From a virus (taxonomy: Duplodnaviria > Caudoviricetes), in the IMG/VR virus record IMGVR_UViG_3300044878_000069, positions 1-30,673 of that record: 30,673 nucleotides of DNA; one strand, 5' to 3'. Below the pieces are notes generated by a model, which made no database searches, had not been told where the DNA came from, and worked only from the letters and a program-made list of their open reading frames with translations. Position numbers and translations under genes: made by a program. Shown in pieces: positions 14,531-23,311 of the stretch. Positions within the stretch are counted from its first letter, which is position 1; each line of letters starts with the position of its first letter.

Positions 14531-15826
14531 CTATGTCTTAGCCATATGGCGACTAAATAATATCGGTCTAAAAGCCTTTTGCTTTTTCGGGAGTATGTTA
14601 TAAACGCCTCTCGACAAAGCATATACACCCAGCGCGAACAGTGAGTGCAGCATTATTTTGTAAATGCCCAATTCCATTGATTCCCTGAAACAGAAGAATG
14701 CGAAAAATATACTTGGAAATGCACAGAAGTAGAAAACTACACTCCTTCTGATGGCGAAATAATCAAGGTACACAAAAAACAGCGACATCAAAAACGAACC
14801 AATAAATATGGCAGCCCATCCACCCATGATGTACAGGGAGCCAATACCCGTTGGCGCAATGATTAGTCCTTTGCCGTAACCGAGAATTTGCTCAGTATAG
14901 AAATAAGCAATGGTATCCAGATAGATAGGCTTACCCGGCCAAAGCGCGCGCGGAATAATTGCATAGAACTGGTTAAAGAAATAATCAAAGCCGGCGTGCC
15001 TCATGGAGACATCAATGATATTGGAAAGCGATGCAACTGGAAATACAGTATCCCTTGTATAGAGTGCCAGAAGCTCAAACAGCCCAACCCCAACCGCATC
15101 GCCATACCGAACCAGGGCCAGCGATGTAATCATCAGAACACCAATCACCGCCAACACCGACAGCGCCTTTAAGCTGATCAGCCTCAGCGAATATCCGGCA
15201 ATGAGCACCGGGATAATTGCGGCTATGAGGTAATTCCGGGCGCCCCCAAGAGTCAGGAACAGCAACATTCCATACGCCAGAACCAGAAAAATTGAAGCGA
15301 ATAGCGTTTTCAAGCTCGGCTTTCTATAAAGCAGCAGAACAGCAACCGTCACCATCGAATAGGACAGGATTGTAAACAGCCCTGTCCCCGCATTGGATTC
15401 GAAGCGAGTCCCGTAATTGCCAACATCAAGCGTTACCCCCTTCATCATGAAGAGGGCCGCAAGGCAAGAGGCGGAAATCACAAACGCAACAAATGCGAAG
15501 AATCGCCCATTCGCGGACTTAGAAAAGCCCTGAATTGTCGCAGGCGTTAAAATCTTCCTGTTAGGAATCAGGATTCCTTTGAGCAATATCGGAATTACGC
15601 AGCAAAGGCAAAAAGCCGCCGTGATAAACCCCATGCTTTCAGGTTTTACTGGGTACTCCCACGCCAAATTCATCAGGCTATTACACATAATGTAATATGG
15701 AACCCAAAGAATCATAATCACATAAAATGACAAGACCCCAAAAAATGTAAAGCCGAGTGCGCGCTTCCATTTTCTAAAGAAAAGCACCATGCAAATTGTT
15801 GCAACTATGAAGCAAAATAAATACAT
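14531..15826 (-). CDS. wzy: Wzy-type polysaccharide repeat-unit polymerase, WzyE-like (low-GC moron)
   Basis: About 10-11 hydrophobic segments; GGARNYLI, LALVRYG, YTRDT, IPRALWPGKP, GLIIAPTGIGSLYIMGG resemble recalled enterobacterial WzyE motifs; visibly AT-richer than the flanks. Confidence 0.8.
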   Translation of the reverse strand: MYLFCFIVATICMVLFFRKWKRALGFTFFGVLSFYVIMILWVPYYIMCNSLMNLAWEYPVKPESMGFITAAFCLCCVIPILLKGILIPNRKILTPATIQGFSKSANGRFFAFVAFVISASCLAALFMMKGVTLDVGNYGTRFESNAGTGLFTILSYSMVTVAVLLLYRKPSLKTLFASIFLVLAYGMLLFLTLGGARNYLIAAIIPVLIAGYSLRLISLKALSVLAVIGVLMITSLALVRYGDAVGVGLFELLALYTRDTVFPVASLSNIIDVSMRHAGFDYFFNQFYAIIPRALWPGKPIYLDTIAYFYTEQILGYGKGLIIAPTGIGSLYIMGGWAAIFIGSFLMSLFFVYLDYFAIRRSVVFYFCAFPSIFFAFFCFRESMELGIYKIMLHSLFALGVYALSRGVYNILPKKQKAFRPILFSRHMAKT

Positions 15827-15905
15827 GTTCCCTATCCCCGGCTAACGCATGTCGTCTATGCGTGGCGTCCATTTACCGCAATTAGATCACAAAACGCTGC
15901 GACCC

Positions 15906-15943
15906 AGCACCTCAACACACCCAATGGATGGCGTTGAGGTGCT
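15906..15943. repeat. 11-bp inverted repeat between tailspike and wzy
   Basis: AGCACCTCAAC-N16-GTTGAGGTGCT, followed by TTTATT on the + strand. Confidence 0.55.
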
Positions 15944-15960
15944 TTTATTATGTAGGCGGA

Positions 15961-18411
15961 CTACAGGGCGATGTTGTTCACGTTCACAATGTTGGTGGTT
16001 GAAGCGGGCAGTGTCAGCGTGGTGCTGACCGTCGTGTTGTTCGTATGAATCAGGCTCCCTCCCGACAATGGCCCGGTATCTACGCGTATTGACCCACCTT
16101 TATAGGTGTTGCCCAGGTCGGTGATGTGAAGTGTTGCCCCGCTGGTGACAGCCGTCAGGTGCCGATCCGTGCCGCCCGTGCGGTCAAACAGGTTATTCGC
16201 CGCGCGAAAGTCGATCAAGCCTCCCGTCTTGGCAAAGGCGAAGATTGCGGATGTGGTCTTGCCGGTCAGATCGAACTTCGAACCGCCGACGACAATCTCA
16301 TGCGCGCCACTGCTGCCGGTGTAGTTGAACCCGGCTTTCACCTCGGCGGAATTCAAGAACGCCAGGTACGGCAAGGTGCAAGTGATGATGGTGGCCGCCC
16401 CGCGCAGCTCAAAGGTGCCGCCGTCAACCGTCAGCCTTGCGCCGGAGAATGTTGGCGATCCCGCAGAGCTGAAGGCGGCCTTATTCAGAAGCACCTTCCC
16501 GGTCCCGAGGATGTCGGCGGCGGCCAGGCAATAGATCAGTCCGCCGTGAAATTCCAAGTCGGACGTTACGCCGGCCGGAATGAACGGGCTTTGCACTTGA
16601 TTCAGATCTGTGCCTCTGAAAACAGTCTTCTTGCCAGACAGCGCACCGTTCTGCTGCAGGGTGGTGAGATTACCGAAGCCGCAGCGCTCGTAGGTGTTGC
16701 CGTCTAGGTTCAGGTACGAGACAGAGGTAAAGCGCGAGTCCTCAAACACGCTGTCGTACACGTTCTGCCCGGTCGAGGCGATGTTCAGGTTCGACCCGTT
16801 ATGCCGCTCGACCTTCATGCGGCGGTTCTTCTGGCCAAAGTCTGTCCCGCTACCGGCCATCGACATGTAGCCCCAGCAATCGCGCCAGGTAATGTCGTGC
16901 TCATACGTGCCGTGCGTGACAAACGACGCGTTGGCGGTTTTCCAGGAGCCGCATTGCTCTGCCACGCAGTTGGAACTGGCAGTGAAGTCGATGACGTGCC
17001 GTTCGTTGTCGGCGCGCAAGCCTTTCGCGAAGCAGTACAGGCTGTCCTCAAACTTGGAGAGATAGCCACCGGACACCGTTTCCTTGGGGGTATCCAGCTC
17101 CGAGTTGCCGAAGCTGCACCCGTAGCAGGCCTGCGCTTCCAGGGAAACCTTCGGTATGCCCTTGATCTTGTTTCCGAACGAGTGGCAGAAGGCCGCATAG
17201 TCAAAAACAATGCCTGACGCACCCTTCCATTTCTGATCGTCCGTCGTGGCGCCGCCGTAGGGGTACGCGGACACGTCCTCAATGTTTGCATTCTTGACCG
17301 TGATTCCGGTCACGGGGCGCAGCTTGGACACACTGACGGCGGCACCACTTGGCATGTCGAATGCCGTCCGGAAGTCAAAAGTCACGTCGTTACCGGCGAC
17401 ACCGACCACTCGGCAATGCCGCGAGAACAGCTTGAACTTCAGCAGGGTGGAACCGCCTGCAGCGGGATCGGTGATCTTCACGAAGGCATGGTCGCCGACT
17501 GCCAGCGCGTGACCTGGTAGCGTAAGGGTGCTCGACCCGTCAGGCAGCAGCGCGGATAGCGTAGCGGATACCGTGGACAGCACTTCCCCCTTAAAGGAAA
17601 TCACCCCCCAGTTCCAGTCGTACTCCTGGCCCTGCGTGCCGTCAGTCTTGCGGTCGCCCCGCCAGAGGATCTTCTGCCCCTTGAAGTCAATCTCGCAGTT
17701 CGAGACTTCTGACGCGTAGACCACGACGAGCTGGTCGACCGGGTAAGCGGTGGCCGGTTGAAAAACCAGGCACTTGCCGGAACTGGCCCGGATCGCCGCG
17801 AGAATTACCGCGCTAACGTCCATGGTCGGTGTGCCGGATTTAACGTTAGCGATTTGCGCGGGCGTCATGTAGTCGAATATTGACACCTCCAGCACGTTCA
17901 GCTTATCTCGCACCGTCCGCGAAACGGCGCCCGTGCCGTCAGGGAGGTATCCGTTCATGTCCGCGCCGTGGATTGCCAGCTCCTGCCGAAGCGCATTATC
18001 ACCAACCGAAACCAGCTTGGCCGAATCGGTCGCCCAAACGCCGGTAGTCGTCCACGGCAGAGTGCCGGCTTTCGCCTTGTACAGCTCGGAGTTGTATTGA
18101 ACGAGCTGAGTCACGCGGGTCAGCGCGATGCCGTTGGTATACGGCACCGGGTTTTCATAGCCGCGATTCGCCTCGGATGCGGCGTAGTCTGCTGCACGCT
18201 GGGCCTGGGCCGCGTTGAAGTCAGCGGCTCGCTGAGCCTGGGCGGCAGCAAACGACGCCTCGATGCCGGCCCACGAGAGGCGGCTGACGCCGCGCCGATC
18301 CGGGTAGCTGAGCAGCGGCCCCAGAATCAGATAGTCCAGGCTCTGCGCGTTGTCGATCAGGTCTTTCGGGCTGGTTGAGCCGACCGGGTTGCCGGTTGCG
18401 TAAATTGTCAT
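15961..18411 (-). CDS. Tailspike / receptor-binding protein with probable pectin-lyase-like beta-helix (depolymerase)
   Basis: N-terminal YATGNPVGSTSPKDLIDNA...DR.G..RLSW anchor, GAVSRTVRDKL..VSIFDY neck, then Gly/Ser/Asn/Cys-rich beta-helix-like body. Confidence 0.85.
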   Translation of the reverse strand: MTIYATGNPVGSTSPKDLIDNAQSLDYLILGPLLSYPDRRGVSRLSWAGIEASFAAAQAQRAADFNAAQAQRAADYAASEANRGYENPVPYTNGIALTRVTQLVQYNSELYKAKAGTLPWTTTGVWATDSAKLVSVGDNALRQELAIHGADMNGYLPDGTGAVSRTVRDKLNVLEVSIFDYMTPAQIANVKSGTPTMDVSAVILAAIRASSGKCLVFQPATAYPVDQLVVVYASEVSNCEIDFKGQKILWRGDRKTDGTQGQEYDWNWGVISFKGEVLSTVSATLSALLPDGSSTLTLPGHALAVGDHAFVKITDPAAGGSTLLKFKLFSRHCRVVGVAGNDVTFDFRTAFDMPSGAAVSVSKLRPVTGITVKNANIEDVSAYPYGGATTDDQKWKGASGIVFDYAAFCHSFGNKIKGIPKVSLEAQACYGCSFGNSELDTPKETVSGGYLSKFEDSLYCFAKGLRADNERHVIDFTASSNCVAEQCGSWKTANASFVTHGTYEHDITWRDCWGYMSMAGSGTDFGQKNRRMKVERHNGSNLNIASTGQNVYDSVFEDSRFTSVSYLNLDGNTYERCGFGNLTTLQQNGALSGKKTVFRGTDLNQVQSPFIPAGVTSDLEFHGGLIYCLAAADILGTGKVLLNKAAFSSAGSPTFSGARLTVDGGTFELRGAATIITCTLPYLAFLNSAEVKAGFNYTGSSGAHEIVVGGSKFDLTGKTTSAIFAFAKTGGLIDFRAANNLFDRTGGTDRHLTAVTSGATLHITDLGNTYKGGSIRVDTGPLSGGSLIHTNNTTVSTTLTLPASTTNIVNVNNIAL

Positions 18412-18469
18412 GCGCTAGCTCCAGGCATGCTGAGCCCGATGGGCGAATTGGTTTTTTGTGCGTCGACGG

Positions 18470-18925
18470 TCATGCCTCCGGCCACTCCTTGTTCATGGCT
18501 CGGTCAAAAATGCTGGAGTAGAGGACGTATTCGGGCGCGTAGAGGATCCAGTCCTTGTCGACCAAGGGCCGCCTGGCCAGTCGGAGCTTGGCCGAGTAGC
18601 GCCAGCGACTCAGATTGACCAGAGTCGGCCCTGAATAGATGTCATCGAAATTGACTTCGAAGACCTCAAGCCCGAGCGGTGTTTTCAGCGGCATTTCAAA
18701 AGGCAGGCTGCCGGAAACCAGCGTGTTCTCGAACCAGTCCTCGAAGGTCGAGCCCTCGCTACTGGTCATCTCCCAGGTCACGCTGACTTCTGTCGGCGTG
18801 CCGCTGGAGCTCAGGCGCTCTATCGTTCGGCCGTTTTGCAGCGGGGTGCTGGACAACGGGTCGAAAGGAGAAAAGCCGTAGCCGTCGCGCAGCGGCAGGG
18901 GAAGCCCTTCGGGGTATGCAATCAT
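18470..18925 (-). CDS. Minor tail (Dit/gpM-like) protein, paralogue 2
   Basis: YPEGLPLPLRDGY...VSVTW...FEDWF...L.SGSLPF..PL.TPLGL. Confidence 0.75.
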   Translation of the reverse strand: MIAYPEGLPLPLRDGYGFSPFDPLSSTPLQNGRTIERLSSSGTPTEVSVTWEMTSSEGSTFEDWFENTLVSGSLPFEMPLKTPLGLEVFEVNFDDIYSGPTLVNLSRWRYSAKLRLARRPLVDKDWILYAPEYVLYSSIFDRAMNKEWPEA

Positions 18926-18951
18926 TGAGTGTCTTCCATGGGGCGAGGCAT

Positions 18952-19329
18952 TTAGACGGACCCTGGCAGAGGGCGACGAAGCAGGCTCAGGGCCGCCTGG
19001 AACTTCCAGCGACTGATCCCGGTCAGTACCGGCCCCTGATAGATGCCTTTGAACTTCGCCTCATAGTCCTGAAGGCCGAGCGGCGTGATTAGCGGGCAAT
19101 CGAAAGGCAGGCTTCCCGAAATCAGGACGTATTCGAACCAGCCCTCAAACAGCTGGGCTTGGCCGTCGTCCATTTCCCATGTCACCTGGACAACTGTCTG
19201 TGTATTGCGAAACCCTCGGCGCTGGATGCTGTGCCCGCCTTTAAGCCCTGTTTTGCGCATGGGGCTGGCCGTATTGAGGTCGTACCCGCTGTATTGCGGA
19301 TTAGGCAGTCCTTCCGGGTACTGGATCAT
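18952..19329 (-). CDS. Minor tail (Dit/gpM-like) protein, paralogue 1
   Basis: YPEGLPNPQYSGY...VQVTW...FEGWF...L.SGSLPF..PL.TPLGL; colinear with the neighbour. Confidence 0.75.
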   Translation of the reverse strand: MIQYPEGLPNPQYSGYDLNTASPMRKTGLKGGHSIQRRGFRNTQTVVQVTWEMDDGQAQLFEGWFEYVLISGSLPFDCPLITPLGLQDYEAKFKGIYQGPVLTGISRWKFQAALSLLRRPLPGSV

Positions 19330-19338
19330 TTGCCGTCC

Positions 19339-22300
19339 TTATGGCGCCGTGGCGCTGTCGTAGGTGTAAACGCGGGCGTCATAGGGCATGCCCTTCATCG
19401 CGACGTTGCCGTTGGATGGGTCGGAGCGCGTGACGAGGACCGGGTAGGCCCACTTCGACCAAGGCCCGATCAGCAACTGAGGCAACTTCATGTTTCCGCT
19501 CATGCTGGTGTCGGGTACAAAGTCGAGATCGGCGATCTGCATGTGATACTCATCGACTTCAGTCGCTTGGAAGGGACCAGAGAGAGAGCCATCGGCACGA
19601 CTGATGCCGACTTTGTAGATCTCAGGTGCTGACCAGTCGATCGGCTCTGACGACTCCAGCAGGAAGCCGCCGCTGACCGCCTGCACGCTCAAAAGCTCGG
19701 CGCTCTGGCATTGCCCAGGGGTATCGCTGGCCACTGCGGCGAAACTCAGGTAGTCCGAGTTCATGCCGGCGAGTTCTGTTTCCCAGGTGTAGGTGTCCTG
19801 ACGGAACTTTTGGTGTCCGCGACGGCGCATGCCGAACTGATAGGCGCGGTTCTTGTCACCCACTCCCGGCAGCTTGACCTTCTCGACCTTGTTGCCGGCA
19901 TCGCCGGGCCAGCGGCACTGGACCGTCTCCCAGGCCCAGGTGATGCTCGAGTAATACTCAACATCCACGCCGTCGATATCGTTGAGCGAGGTCAGCGGCC
20001 CGGCGATGCTGAGCTTTTTGGTCATGTTTTGCGGGCTGTAGGTCTGCGTCTTCGGGCCGTAGGTGATATCGAATATCGCCCGCGGCTCATCACGCACCAA
20101 ACTGACCAGGCCGTTCTTGATGGTCAGCTCGGCAAAGCCGCAGGCCAGCGCATCGTTGAGCTGATCCTTGGCGGTGCTGCTTTCGTCGATTGTCCGGTCA
20201 TAGGTTTGACCGGCCAGCCAGAAGATCGCGTGGTAGCGCTCCCATTCTGCGAGATCAATGTCCGAATCCTCATAACCGAGCGACTTCAGCACGTGCAAGC
20301 ACCACGGCACTATGTGGCGAGTAGGCTCTGCAGGCAGCCAGGTACCTTCATAGAGACCCGGAAGCATTCGCGTAGCCTCGCAACTGATCTGGCTCTCAGA
20401 TTGCGCAGACAGCCGATCACCGCCGCGAATTTTGACGGACATGACGGTCATGCCCGGGTAGCTGGTCGGTCGCGTCTGACGCAAGCCGCGCAAGCTTTCC
20501 CATCTCGGGCTGTCGATCCACTCGCCGCTGTTGGCGCCGCCACCCTTGGCCAGGCGCTTGATTCTGCCTTCTGCTCGCATCGGGTAGGGCAGTGCGACCC
20601 GAAAAGTGAAGCCCATCGAATCCCGCGAATGACCGGTGACGCTTTGCGTCTGAACGGTCCACGCCCCCGAGATATCCATGTCTCGATACTCGAATTGGTG
20701 CGACGAGTAGATCGTGTACTCGTCGCCTTTTCGGCCCATGCCAATCAGGCCGTCGAAGGCGATGGTGTACTCGATGTGCGTCACCTTTTCAGACTCTGGC
20801 GAGCAAGCGAAGGGGCCGCGATAACCACCCTCCAGGCTAGATGGATCAAGGCTGACCGAGCCGTTTACGGTTTCCATTGGATTGAATCCGATCCACCCGG
20901 AATCCACCGAGCCCGACGCAGTTAGCCGGTCGACGGTCATGATCGAGGTGCTGAACGCCGTGATCCGGTAGCGCAGGCCGCGCGGGCCGATGGTGGCCAG
21001 GCCGGAGCCGAGGGCCAAACCAACAACCGGTGCGCCGCCGTCGTAGTCCAGGGTCATTTGCGCCGGGACTTCGGGCGTGCCGGCGCTTGCTGCCGTGCCG
21101 GTGGTATTGGCCGGGCTGGAACCGAGGATATCGGCGCCACCGGTGGCCACCATCGTTTCGCCGCCGAAGGTGCCAAACTGCTTGATCAGTAACTTGCCGG
21201 ACGAGGCACTGGCAATAAATGGCGCTGAACCCTTGGCCGTGTTGAAAGCCGATACCAGGCCAGCAAGATCGGTGGTCGCCGTCGTCAGGTTGACCGCATA
21301 CGGCGTTGCGCCCAGCGTCACGGTGACCGACAACGGGGTCACGTCGAAGTCATAGCGCGCCGGAATGCTTGAGCCGAGGATTGTCGAGGCGGTGCCCGAG
21401 GTCGGCGGCACCGCTGGAGCATACGGCGTGTACGAGTTGACGACGTAGTTGCCCGCGTTCGCGCCGGCAACCTCAATCAACATGCCCGGGGTAGGCCCCA
21501 GCATTTCCAGCGGACCTTGGACGATGTCACGGCCTGCGCCGCCATCGACCACGGTGTAGGTGTAGGGCGCCAGAGCACGGATCACCAGACCGGTCTCCCA
21601 GTCTGCCGGGAAACTGCCGGCGCCGGCCGGAATGGCAATCGTATCGCCGTTGAACTGATAGGCCGAGGCCGTGGCTGACGGGGTGAGGTTGGTCGAGATG
21701 GTCAGTTCAAGCCCCGACGTACCACTGGAACTGGCGCCTACCTCTTTGGCGTTAAACCACAACATCGAGGCCGTATCCGCAGACACGTCAGCGCCGGGCG
21801 CGTAGATCGCCACCTGAGCATCAGAGCCAAGGGAAATCAGCGGGGTTTCGCCCACCTTGAGCTTGTTGAGTGGAATGTCCACCGCGCCTTCGGAGACGTA
21901 CAGCAGCATTTCCACCCACTTTTCGCGTGGCGCGGCAAACCAGGTGCGCGGCTCAGCCACGTACGACGGGAACACCTTCTGATGCCCGGCGACGTTACGA
22001 ATCAGTTCGCCGAGTTTGACCTTGTTGCCCTTGGCGCTGGCTTCATCGATCGGGCTGCCTTGGGCAACGCCGGTGTTGGCCGGCATCCCTGGCATCTTGG
22101 GCATGAGCATCTTGCTCGCGGCAAATGCGCCAACAATCAGCAGGGCGGTGATGGTGAACGGATCGGAGCCTTTCGGCTCGTTCCAGATCTGCACGTGATC
22201 CGCCGGTTTGAATTTGACCTTGTGCCAGAGCGTCGGGCAGATCAGCTCGCCATTGAGCTCGACGCTGACCGGCTGCACCGGGGCGCGCTGGTAGTGTTCC

Positions 22301-22401
22301 GTCATGCCCTTGATCCAGGCCTCGATCGTCATGCGTTCGCGCGTGGTGTAGGTGGCCAGCGGTTGGCAGCCGGCCATTTTGTTGGGGAAGAATTCAATCA
22401 T
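19339..22401 (-). CDS. Tail tip / host-specificity protein (TipJ-like)
   Basis: ~1020 aa from ATG 22401 (MIEFFPNK), ATGA-coupled to the NlpC/P60 gene; GNKVKLGE, YPGMTVMSVKIRG, DGVDVEY motifs. Confidence 0.85.
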   Translation of the reverse strand: MIEFFPNKMAGCQPLATYTTRERMTIEAWIKGMTEHYQRAPVQPVSVELNGELICPTLWHKVKFKPADHVQIWNEPKGSDPFTITALLIVGAFAASKMLMPKMPGMPANTGVAQGSPIDEASAKGNKVKLGELIRNVAGHQKVFPSYVAEPRTWFAAPREKWVEMLLYVSEGAVDIPLNKLKVGETPLISLGSDAQVAIYAPGADVSADTASMLWFNAKEVGASSSGTSGLELTISTNLTPSATASAYQFNGDTIAIPAGAGSFPADWETGLVIRALAPYTYTVVDGGAGRDIVQGPLEMLGPTPGMLIEVAGANAGNYVVNSYTPYAPAVPPTSGTASTILGSSIPARYDFDVTPLSVTVTLGATPYAVNLTTATTDLAGLVSAFNTAKGSAPFIASASSGKLLIKQFGTFGGETMVATGGADILGSSPANTTGTAASAGTPEVPAQMTLDYDGGAPVVGLALGSGLATIGPRGLRYRITAFSTSIMTVDRLTASGSVDSGWIGFNPMETVNGSVSLDPSSLEGGYRGPFACSPESEKVTHIEYTIAFDGLIGMGRKGDEYTIYSSHQFEYRDMDISGAWTVQTQSVTGHSRDSMGFTFRVALPYPMRAEGRIKRLAKGGGANSGEWIDSPRWESLRGLRQTRPTSYPGMTVMSVKIRGGDRLSAQSESQISCEATRMLPGLYEGTWLPAEPTRHIVPWCLHVLKSLGYEDSDIDLAEWERYHAIFWLAGQTYDRTIDESSTAKDQLNDALACGFAELTIKNGLVSLVRDEPRAIFDITYGPKTQTYSPQNMTKKLSIAGPLTSLNDIDGVDVEYYSSITWAWETVQCRWPGDAGNKVEKVKLPGVGDKNRAYQFGMRRRGHQKFRQDTYTWETELAGMNSDYLSFAAVASDTPGQCQSAELLSVQAVSGGFLLESSEPIDWSAPEIYKVGISRADGSLSGPFQATEVDEYHMQIADLDFVPDTSMSGNMKLPQLLIGPWSKWAYPVLVTRSDPSNGNVAMKGMPYDARVYTYDSATAP

Positions 22402-22781
22402 CGGTAGTACACCACTCGTTGATAGCGCTGCTCGAAGTCGCGCACGGTGCGAATGCGGGGACCTCCGGGATTGGTGTCGAGCACCTTCAGTTGGCCGTCC
22501 AGGTACACGACCACGCCGACGTGATCCAGAAACTCGCCAATCAGGGCCGAGGCAATGGCGCCAGGCTCTGGCAGGCACTCTTCCAGGCCGGCACTGACCT
22601 CGCGGTAGGCCTTGGTGTTCTCGCGCACCTTGGACCGGCCGACACCGCCCAGCGATGGCAGCAGCGGCAGGCCGAACACTTCGTGCCGCACGGCGTTGAC
22701 CAGGCCATAGCAGTCGAAAGCCAACGGCCCGCGCGCGCCGTCCCGGTAAGGTGCCGACAGGTAATTCGCGATGTTTTTCAT
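22398..22781 (-). CDS. NlpC/P60-like tail assembly protein (gpK-like)
   Basis: Y.DGARGP.AFDCYGLV and HVGVV motifs; position between the gpL-like and TipJ-like genes. Confidence 0.85.
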   Translation of the reverse strand: MKNIANYLSAPYRDGARGPLAFDCYGLVNAVRHEVFGLPLLPSLGGVGRSKVRENTKAYREVSAGLEECLPEPGAIASALIGEFLDHVGVVVYLDGQLKVLDTNPGGPRIRTVRDFEQRYQRVVYYR

Positions 22782-23263
22782 ATGAAGATCAGCCCCGGCG
22801 CTTTGTCCGAAGTCAGGTTGTTGCGCGGGAAAGCCGTGCCCAGCAGGTCGAACATGCCGCAGGTCAGCGTGGCTACGTCGTTGGCGTACTGCCGGTTAAG
22901 CACCGATAGCCGATAGCGCTCTGCCGGGTAGGTCAGGTTGCTTTCGAGGTAGCGGCGCTTCGTCAGAATGATGCGCGCCGATGCTGCGCGCGCCAGTTCG
23001 ATTGCCTCCTGGACCTTGCCGTTGGTGTTATCCAGGGCAATGTTCAGGTTCTGGTAGCCGCTGTTGTCCCGCACGGGCAGGGCCTCTTCCACCGCCATCG
23101 CCAAAAAGACGAGCGTGCGCCCGTCCTCCGTCCCGCAGACGCGATCCTCATAGCCGGAGCAGATGAGGATCGGTGCCGCCCACGCGGAGCAGGTCGCCTC
23201 GATCGTATCGACGAACAGGTCGTTGCCGACCGAGGCGTAGGCGATGTTGATGGGGTTGCTCAT
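22778..23263 (-). CDS. Minor tail protein (DUF1833 / gpL-like)
   Basis: LP...SGYQNLNIALDN..G, RRYL.S.L..P, FPR......APGL; directly after the tape measure. Confidence 0.82.
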   Translation of the reverse strand: MSNPINIAYASVGNDLFVDTIEATCSAWAAPILICSGYEDRVCGTEDGRTLVFLAMAVEEALPVRDNSGYQNLNIALDNTNGKVQEAIELARAASARIILTKRRYLESNLTYPAERYRLSVLNRQYANDVATLTCGMFDLLGTAFPRNNLTSDKAPGLIFI

Positions 23264-23311
23264 TGATTGGGGCTCCGTGCAGTCCCTAGCAAGAGACCCT
23301 ATGTTAACGCA

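Noticed and set aside
18180-18250. Direct repeat AAQAQRAAD(F/Y) in the tailspike N-terminus
   Set aside because: Short coiled-coil duplication; no reverse transcriptase, invertase or template repeat suggesting a diversity-generating system.
22402-22578. 59-aa N-terminal extension of the TipJ-like ORF in the ORF track
   Set aside because: Overlaps the NlpC/P60 gene; the ATGA-coupled ATG at 22401 is the more credible start.
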